From positions 89,652,001-89,716,000 of the forward strand of contig OX597816.1 of the NCBI GenBank assembly GCA_951406725.2: a DNA stretch of 64,000 nucleotides, read 5' to 3'. Within the stretch, counting starts at the first letter, position 1; each line of letters starts with the position of its first letter. The notes beneath the pieces were generated by a model, which was not told where the DNA came from, did not search any database, and saw nothing but the letters and a program-made list of their open reading frames with translations. Shown here piece after piece: positions 55,380-64,000 of this stretch. Origin of the DNA: Octopus vulgaris (taxonomy: Eukaryota). The position numbers were made by a program, and so were the translations under genes.

Positions 55380-56830
55380 TGACTTGACTGGATTCTACGT
55401 CCTATCCCTAATCCAGGCCACTCTTCCCTATATTGGACGATACTGTCTTCTACTTGAACCGCAGCACAAACCTAGAACTAGAAAGGCATAAGAAAAAACT
55501 ATTCAAGATATTTAAGAACATATGACTAACAATCACTGCAAAAATTTAATGCCGCACAGTTAACTTCCACGATGTCACATTCAATCTCTACACCAGCCTA
55601 TTCCACATACCAAACGCCGACTTAAAATGCATTAACGTCATGTCTAACCATGCTCCCTCCATCATAAGTGGACTAGTAGGTAATATTCAGACTAGGATAC
55701 CCCAATTGTCTGCCAGTGAAGGAATATTCAACTTGCATGCACCCTGTTATAATGAGGTTTTTCTAGGCAGGATACAGAGAACGTATTAAATACGTACACG
55801 AAAACTAGACACACACATATACGATACATACCCAACAACGGTAATAAACAACTGGATCACACCCCTACAGAAATTACATTGGCCCAAAACACCACCATGG
55901 GTGTATAACACACAACAACATAAAATACATTAAACACACAGCACACTCGGACTAATAAACCCAAAATTAAACATCAAAATCCCAAAGTACCCTGGTACAA
56001 TCCGATCCACGGATCGAATATTTCTTCGAGGATCGCTAAACAGTTATTTACAGCCTTAGACGGGTGTTTCCCAAAATCACACAAATACCACTCCATATTT
56101 GACAGACATAACGTGAAGTTGTCTTATGCCAACTCCTGCAACTTGGAGCAGCATATGCACTGAATCAACAACAGAAAACTAAACAAAGACCTTCACAACA
56201 ATAACGAACCTGTATACAACACTCGCTCGACCGTCCCCAGGAAACACTGCGCATAGGAATACCTAGCATTAACCACTCCAGAAATGAAAGCAACCAAATC
56301 CAAAACAACCCCCTGAGCTTGTATAATAACAGCATAATGAACACGAACCAACACCGAACCGGAACAGCTAGACCGACCCAGAATAACAGCATGTCACTAG
56401 CAACAGCCAACAACAGAAGCTCGTGTAGGGACAAATTACGAAGCCCGTTGTGTAACCTATGCATACGTTCTAACCTCGTATATAAATGCACCGTGCACAC
56501 ATGATAAGGCCCGTATGTGTGTACATAGGTGCAACGGCTGATGCATTTAAGAATCGATATCGTAACCACGTCTGTAGCTTCAACAAAGTAACCAAGAGAC
56601 ATGCATCATCGCTGGCTGATTTCCTATGGAAATTGATATCGGATTACATTATGAACTCCCGGGCAATTATAAAACACACACAATCCTACAACCCTACAAC
56701 CCCCTTTCCAGGAGGTGTGGCTTGTGCTCCAAAAAAGCGTTGTCCATTTCACTATCTAGACAAAGACTTATAAACAAATTGATGGAAAGGATTGCACGCT
56801 GAATGCATACCAAAAAATTGGCAGTTGCCC
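55380..56830 (+). mobile_element. Degenerate Naiad-type PLE (RT thumb + GIY-YIG)
   Basis: VNFHDVTFNL, NHAPSII, LC..SNLVYKC, VYIGATADAFKNRYRNH. Confidence 0.75.
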
Positions 56831-57104
56831 ATTATAGTAGAAACACACAAGTACCCTCACACCCATAACTAACTCGCAATGAAAACCCCATGCCATTGAA
56901 AGCACACCCATCCATAACAATTCAAACAACCCGCTACCTTCACATCCATAAGTAATACAAACACACACACACACGATATACACACCCAATAACCAGACAC
57001 AATCCACAAATTTCACAGCTATAAATAGCCTACACGCAGTACCCCAACAAGTAATAAACAGCATACACTGTACACCAGGGATATATATGTATGTATATAT
57101 ATAT

Positions 57105-57154
<50 letters not shown>

Positions 57155-57233
57155 AGAGAGAGAGAGAGAGAGAGAGAGATAGATAGATAGATAGATATAT
57201 GGATAGATAGATAGATAGATAGATAGATATATG

Positions 57234-57336
<103 letters not shown>

Positions 57337-57479
57337 CTGTATGAATCTATGTGTATGTACGCGTATGCACATATATGTATGTGTCCACTTATATGCACCG
57401 ATATATATTTATATACATATATGTATATATAGGTCTGTGCATGTTTATCTATATGTATACGTATATATTTCTCTCCGTA

Positions 57480-60400
57480 TGTGTGTGGGCGCCTTTATCA
57501 GTATGGTCATATCCTAGCTTTCTACCTAACTCCCAGTGGATTACTCTCCCTAGTGTGTCACATCTTTTCTTGTATTTTTCCTGTACCAGCATGTTACATT
57601 CACTTTCTATATGAGTAACATTTTCCTCCGATTTGCAAAACCTACATTGTGAATCTACTTGGTTTTTGTCTCTCTTGGCTTTTATCCAATTTATCCTTAA
57701 CTAGCAGTATCGCCTGGCGTTGCTCGGGTTTGTACGGGAAATAACTATAAAGAGAGTTATAGCCAAAAAATAGCCAAAAAAATGCATTAAAAATGGAAAT
57801 AAAATGATGGTAAATTTTTTTTAAATCGTTGACTCATCGTAGACATTTTTAGAGAGTTACTTCCCTTATATAATAGCGAAAAAATGCATTGAAACGGAAA
57901 AGATGATGATTAATTTTTTTTTAAATCGTAGACTCATCGTAGACACGCGCTAATACCCAGAAGGGCTCGATATGAATCACGACTATAAGATACCCGGTTT
58001 TGGTTAAACTGCACCGCAAAATGTGGGAGTAGTTAGGAATCTAAATCGTAGGAGACAGACACACAACTTGACTCTTTTATATATAAAGATGTTTTATTTT
58101 GTGTTGTTATTAACAAACATTCTGTCTCCCTTTTTCCGCTTTCCTTTCTGCAAACCTAAACTTGTCTCACTACTACTATTTGCTGCAACTATCATTGGGA
58201 ATCTACCATGCAAAGCCTTCTCCTACTAGTCAAATAACTTTTGTTCTTTTTTCTGGTTTTTAACTTAATTTGACTTTTTGATGTCCCTATATCCTTCTAT
58301 GACTGTAGCAACTCCTACTAAACTTTCTTGGCTGTTACTTACATGGGAGTATATATCTACTCCAAGCAGTCTTCTGATATTAACCCTCTTCCACCTTTCT
58401 TTCTAGGTAAGTATAATCTTGCTACTCCTACCCTTGAGTCGAGTCCTCCAATCATATTGAATTCCTTCCTAGTTCTGTCTAGCTTTGCTAATTCAGTTTT
58501 TTTTTTTCTTGCAATCTACAAAAGTTGCTGAGTATCTAAGCAATGATACTGCCCAACTATTTTGTCTTCCCTAGATTCGGTCCACTTTGCTTTGATTTGA
58601 TTAGCTTCCTCATACTCCTAATGTAGTCCTCAATTTTCGTTTTAATTCTATATTCTAATATTCCCGGATACTTATAACTCTATCCTTCTTTTAATGATTT
58701 TAAAGTTTGGCCATCTGGAAAATGAATGCAACCTGTCCTCTTTTCAGGACTAATATTGCACATTTACTCATGCCAAATTCCATGCCTATATTTTTGCTGA
58801 AGGAATCTATCTCTTTTTCATTCTTACAAAAAAAAAAAAAAAAAAGCTTCAGATCATCCATAGTTAATTTTTCCTTTACTATTTCTGAGCTGATATCCTG
58901 TCTTTGCCTTCCTTGATGTTAAACTTAGTGGATCAAACATAAAACAAATATGAAAGAGGTTAACGAGTCTGCTTGGAAAATTCCTCTTTTGATATTAACA
59001 TTCCCTAAGACTGTGTCACCTCAGTAGAGATCTACTTTCTATTTCTTCATGCTAAAGCTAATTAATTCTCTTATGTTGTCTACTATACTGAATATACTCA
59101 AGCATTCATTTATCCATGCGTGTAGGATCATGTCATAGGCTTTTTTATAATCTATCCATGCTATTGTTAGATTTTCCTTTCTACATTTAACTTCAATTGG
59201 AACTGCTTTGTCTAGATATAATAGATCATGCTTTCCTCTAGCCTTCTTCTAGCAACTTCCTGTTCTTCTGACAGCAAATTCTGGCTGTCAAGGTGCTCAT
59301 AAATACTTTCTGGAAACATTCCTGTTAACAGTTTGCACACTAATGGTAAGTGACTTGTCTATAATTGCTAGCTGTATTACCCTTGCTTTTGTCTTTCATA
59401 AAGAGCATTGTTATCCCTCTATTCATCCTACCTGGTATTATTCCTCCATTAAGACAATCCTTAAGTTCTTCCCTCAGCTTCCCATTTAAGTTACTAAATT
59501 TCTTTAACCAGCACCCTTGAACAAAATCTGGTCATGGGCCCTTCAAATTGGACATTATCCATAACACATCACTCATTAATGCACTAGTTAGTCTTAGCCC
59601 TAGTTGCTTCTCAGTCACTACTTCTTCCCTCACTTCCTTTAAACATACTACATCTCCATTATGATTGACTGATTTATCCCAAATATTACTCCAGAACTTT
59701 ATAGTTTCTTCTGCATTAGGTATCACATCTTCAGAGCTTCGTTCTCCACTATTTATTTGTTTATAAAATCTCCTCTGGTCTGTCTCAAATAATCTATTCT
59801 GTTGATACTCTTCTATTCTTTTCTGATATCTGGAAACTTACCTGTTACTTCTATGATACGCTGTTTCAACTGTTCTATGTCTATCCCAAATCTTTTCTCT
59901 TTGACTAAGTGTCTTTTCTCGAGAGAACATTTAAATATGTTTCATAACTTGCTCAGTGTCCATGCTTCTATTCTACTGTCTTAAAGTTTTCATTTTATTT
60001 TGTACTCTTCTTTTCAACATTTGCTCTTTTCTCATCTTTCTTATTATAACTAATTTCCTAGAAACTACTACCCCTCCTGCATAAATCAATAAGTTAGTGT
60101 CACCTATATTTTTAGTATCTATCTTACTGAGAACAGAATCTACTTTCCTAGTCATATCCAGCAGCTTCCTTCTGTTGGTACCTTTCTATGCTGGCAATTT
60201 CTTGTTTTATTTTGTTTTTTCGCTTTTTTACTCGTTGCTTCCTGCAATTCATTTACAATTCTCTGATCTACCTTATTGGCAGTACTATTATTATTTTTTC
60301 CTTTAGGTTTTTCTTTGGTTGAACTGCATCCAACTGTTGTTGTTTGTCTTTCCTATTGCCTGGTCTTCCTTTTCCAGTTCCCTTGTTATTTCTTCCACCC

Positions 60401-60560
60401 CCAATCCTGTCATCCACTTTTACTGAACCACCGTCGAGCGAGAGGCCTTCCCTTAAAGCTCCAGCCTCATTTTCGCTGTTATACTCAGAGTTTCTACGCA
60501 AACTCTTATATCTCATAAACTGAGGTAAAGTAACGTTCGTCACCATCGTCATCACCACAA
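57480..60560 (-). mobile_element. Degenerate R4/Dong LINE interrupted by a Helitron
   Basis: TNLLIYAG, PNAEETIKFWSNIW, WIDYKKAYDM, RGIFQ, LRINWIKA remnants. Confidence 0.75.
57701..58089 (-). mobile_element. Non-autonomous Helitron
   Basis: Minus strand: A|TCtttatatataaaag...cccgagcaacgccaggcgatactgCTAG|T. 5' TC, subterminal hairpin, 3' CTAG, A/T insertion site without TSD. Confidence 0.8.
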
Positions 60561-60939
60561 TTCTTATTCTGAGAGTTTCAAATAACTTTCTATTGCATCA
60601 CTTGCAGTACTTTTGTGCTAGTGAGGTGTGTACTTCATTTCTTTTGGGGAATATTGTATTGCATCAATATTTTATGTTATGGAGGAGGTTGGCTTGAGTT
60701 TTCTGTTGTATTAGCTTTTGTATTGTGTCTTGTTTGTGCAGTGCAGGTTGTGTTCTTCTGTTGGGTATCGGACCTCTATGGTACATGATGCGCGATTTGT
60801 TCATTTTATTGGGTATTTACTGCATGAGTTTATTCCTGTATGTTTTTGAAGGAGTGTTGCATAGTAGTGTGTAAATCATAAATCATCCATTTCATTTTAT
60901 TCATGGTCATCTCTCCATCGTGCATTTTGTAATTTGTTA

Positions 60940-61372
60940 TTCCATGGGCAGTGACATTAAGAGTTATGTCCGTTTTTACAGCGTTTATTATTATTCCTTC
61001 GTAACACAGTGTAGGTAAAAATGCACTGGAGTCTTTAGTTATCTCTCAAGTCACAAGAAGTACCTCAGACAGATAATACTTTCCTTAAGATGTGCGCTGT
61101 ACCCAATAAGGCTGCTTTTTGCAAGACATCAATCTCGCATGGGATTTCCAGTTGCCTTAAGAAGTCTTGAAGTTTCAATGGGATTGAGTCCAACGCTCCG
61201 ATCATCACTGGTATCACTTTTACATTACCTTCTCGCATTCCATAGTGTCGACATTTCCACTTTCAATTCGGTGATATTTTCAACCTCTTTACTCATAACA
61301 TTTATGTCATTTGGTATGACTACATCAATGATCTGACAGTATTAGTCAATATGACAATATCCGACCGACGGT
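60940..61372 (-). mobile_element. R4/Dong 3' fragment next to (TAA)n
   Basis: RRSDIVI, IDVVIP, QKAALLGTAHIL remnants. Confidence 0.7.
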
Positions 61373-61405
61373 GTTATTATTATTATTATTATTAATATTA
61401 TCATT

Positions 61406-61474
<69 letters not shown>

Positions 61475-61854
61475 GCCTTTGCACAGCTTCTAACGCTGGA
61501 GATGTACTACAGTGTCAGCTGTTCACTACCAATGAACTAAGGTAACACCTCTTATTTTTCGGAATATTCGAGCGGTTCCATACAGTGCTGTTTTCTGTAA
61601 GTGCTCCACCCTTATTGCAGCCCCTATTTGTTCCACATACTTCTCGAAATTTTTGCTCGCTGTTCCCAGGACTCCGACCTTTATTGGTACTACTGCTACC
61701 TTTTTCATCGACCACAACTGCTTAACTTCTCAAGCTCACCTGTCATATCTCTCGACTTTTCTTTCTTCCTTATCGCATACCTTGTTGTCAGCTGGGCATG
61801 CTATGTCTATGATCAAGCATAGTTTGTTTTCTTTCTCAATTAAGACTATGTCCG

Positions 61855-61856
<2 letters not shown>
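61475..61856 (-). mobile_element. R4/Dong 3' fragment between (TAA)n tracts
   Basis: DIVL, IDIACPAD, QKTALYGTARIFRK. Confidence 0.75.
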
Positions 61857-61912
<56 letters not shown>

Positions 61913-61913
<1 letters not shown>

Positions 61914-63011
61914 TTTTTTTTTCTTCTTTCAAATTTGCTTCCATTTCTTGCCGAGTGTCTTCCCGACTCCTAGGGCAAAGAAACTCATAGTATACATTGG
62001 TAGGCCATTAAACCAAACTCAGTAGTTCGTTCATTTTTTTTTTTAAGTTAAATTAAAATACATGAGCAGCAACAGTTCTCACATCGACAATGCTCTTCTC
62101 AATACGTGTGATGTACCAGTTAAGACAATCTTTTGCACTTCTTGCAGGGATGGTAAGCCAGGGATCATTCTCATATCATTTTCGGTTCCCTTCTTGATCA
62201 TTCCTAGTGCTCCTACGATCACTGGTATTGTAACCGCCTTGAGATGCCACATTTTCTCAATTTCAATGAGTAGGTCTTTATATTTTCTGAGCTTGTCAAA
62301 CTCTTTCGCTGAGATATTATGATCACAGGGGATGCTCATGTCGATCAATAAGCAAACTTTATTGTTTTGGTCTTTCACAACAATATCTGGTTTATTGGCC
62401 TTGATGGTTCGGTCTGTATGTACTGGAAAGTCCCACAGAATGGTTACATTTTCTCCTTCAGTTACAGCCTCAGGGTGGTGATTATACCACTTGTCGGCAG
62501 TTTTGATATTGTAATGCCGACTTATTAGCCAGTGGAGATATTGGCCAACTCTGTCATGTCTTAATTTATACTCCACTGGTGCTAAGACTTTACATCCAGA
62601 GATTAGGTGGTCCACTGTTTCAATCATGTCGTTGCAGAATCGGCATTTTGGGTCTGCTCCATTTTTCATCACATTGGCCTGGTAGTTCCGGGTTAATAGG
62701 CTTTGATCTTGAGCAGCCAGGATGAAACCTTCGCTCTCTGCTTTTAGCCCTGAGCTCCGTAGCCACTGATGGGTTTGCTTCTGGTCAACATCAGCTTGTT
62801 TGCTGCGGGTCACATATTTGCCGTGCAGAGGTTTCTCCTCCCACCTATCAGCCAATTGCTCGTGCGCTTTCTTCATTGCCATCATTTTCACCTTCTTTGC
62901 AACAATAGTTGCCGTACTTCCCTCGGGTTGTTCAGTTTGGGTATCCTGCACGAGATCAATAGCAAATTTTTTGCTTTCCTTTATGATAGAATGAAGCTTC
63001 TTTCGTCTCTC
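61913..63011 (-). mobile_element. R4/Dong 3' portion with open CCHC + RLE frame, between (TAA)n tracts
   Basis: KPLHGKY, AAQDQSLLTR, CRFCNDMIETVDHLISGC, RHD, NKPDIVV, IDMSIP, KYKDL. Confidence 0.9.
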
Positions 63012-63052
63012 ATTATTATTATTATTATTGTTATTATTATTATTATTATTAT

Positions 63053-63090
<38 letters not shown>

Positions 63091-63133
63091 TTACTATTTT
63101 TATTATCATTATTATTTTTATTATTATTATTAA

Positions 63134-63199
<66 letters not shown>

Positions 63200-63205
63200 C
63201 ATTAA

Positions 63206-63415
63206 GGTGGTGAGATGGCAGAATCGTTAGCACGTCCGGGAGAATGGTCAGCGGAATTTCGTCCGTCTTTACGTTCTGAGATCAAATTCCGCCGAGGTCG
63301 ACTTTGCCTATCATCCTATCGGGGTCGATAAAATAAGTACCTTTTGAACACTGGGGTCGATGTAATCGACTTATCCCCTCCCCCAAAATTGTTGACTTTG
63401 TGACAAAATCTGAAA
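63206..63415 (+). mobile_element. tRNA-derived SINE (MetaSINE-like) within (TTA)n
   Basis: ggtggtgagatggcagaatcgttagc...tcaaattccgccgaggtcgactttgcc...ggggtcgataaaataagtacc. Confidence 0.8.
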
Positions 63416-63465
63416 TTATTATTGTTGTTGTTGTTGTTGTTGTTATTATTATTATTATTATTATT

Positions 63466-63840
63466 TAATGTTTGACTTATTATTTCATGTTTGACATCAA
63501 GAGACAAGTTAGAACTTCATGTTGGTGTTATGCTTAGGGTGCCATATAGTTGGTGTAGTACATAACGTTGTTCTTGAGAATATTTAAGAAACCATAAGAA
63601 AATTATGTTTGTTTTAAAATTTGATATTACATAGAAAGTATTTTGCGTAGGATATGGGAAGTTCCCATGACCACTATCTTTTGATTTCTGCCAATTTGGT
63701 GTTTTCTGGTATCTGAGCTAGGTAACAATCAGCCCCTTTTGCTATCATTCCCAGGGCTCCTATGACAACAGGTATTGTTTTAATCTTCAGGTTCCACCAC
63801 ATATAGCTAATTTCTATTTCAAGATCTTTATACTTGCTTA
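63466..63840 (-). mobile_element. R4/Dong 3' fragment between (TAA)n tracts
   Basis: SKYKDLEIEI..W.LKIKTIPVVIGALGMI. Confidence 0.75.
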
Positions 63841-63843
63841 TTA

Positions 63844-63913
<70 letters not shown>

Positions 63914-64000
63914 TATTATCATTATTATTATTATTATTTTGGTTTGGCTCAGGTTCGGTCTTATTCTTGTTATGATTTTTGTAGCTGACGAGTTACAAGT

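Overview
AT-rich, microsatellite-dense animal genomic DNA; the repeat families look like those of octopus/cephalopod genomes (inferred, not verified). A minus-strand host gene is spread over at least 45 kb as small spliced exons: EGF, a 27-nt Pro-rich linker, VWA, three EGFs, then a VWD domain in two exons. It is a secreted FCGBP/zonadhesin/mucin-like extracellular protein whose ends were not found in the window. One EGF exon was copied by a recent ~2.9 kb tandem duplication. The introns are filled with Penelope-like elements (PLEs; RT + GIY-YIG), CR1-group LINEs, R4/Dong LINEs sitting in (TAA)n, Tc1/mariner relics, Helitrons and tRNA-derived SINEs. The most notable signal is about 15 type I hammerhead-ribozyme (HHR) motifs read by eye. 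They include a near-identical 362-bp tandem array (9115-10822, retrozyme-like) whose HHR has a non-canonical compensatory U3-A8 core (UUGAAAA); the same core recurs in the pseudo-LTR of a PLE at 49.7 kb. Most listed ORFs are microsatellite artefacts.
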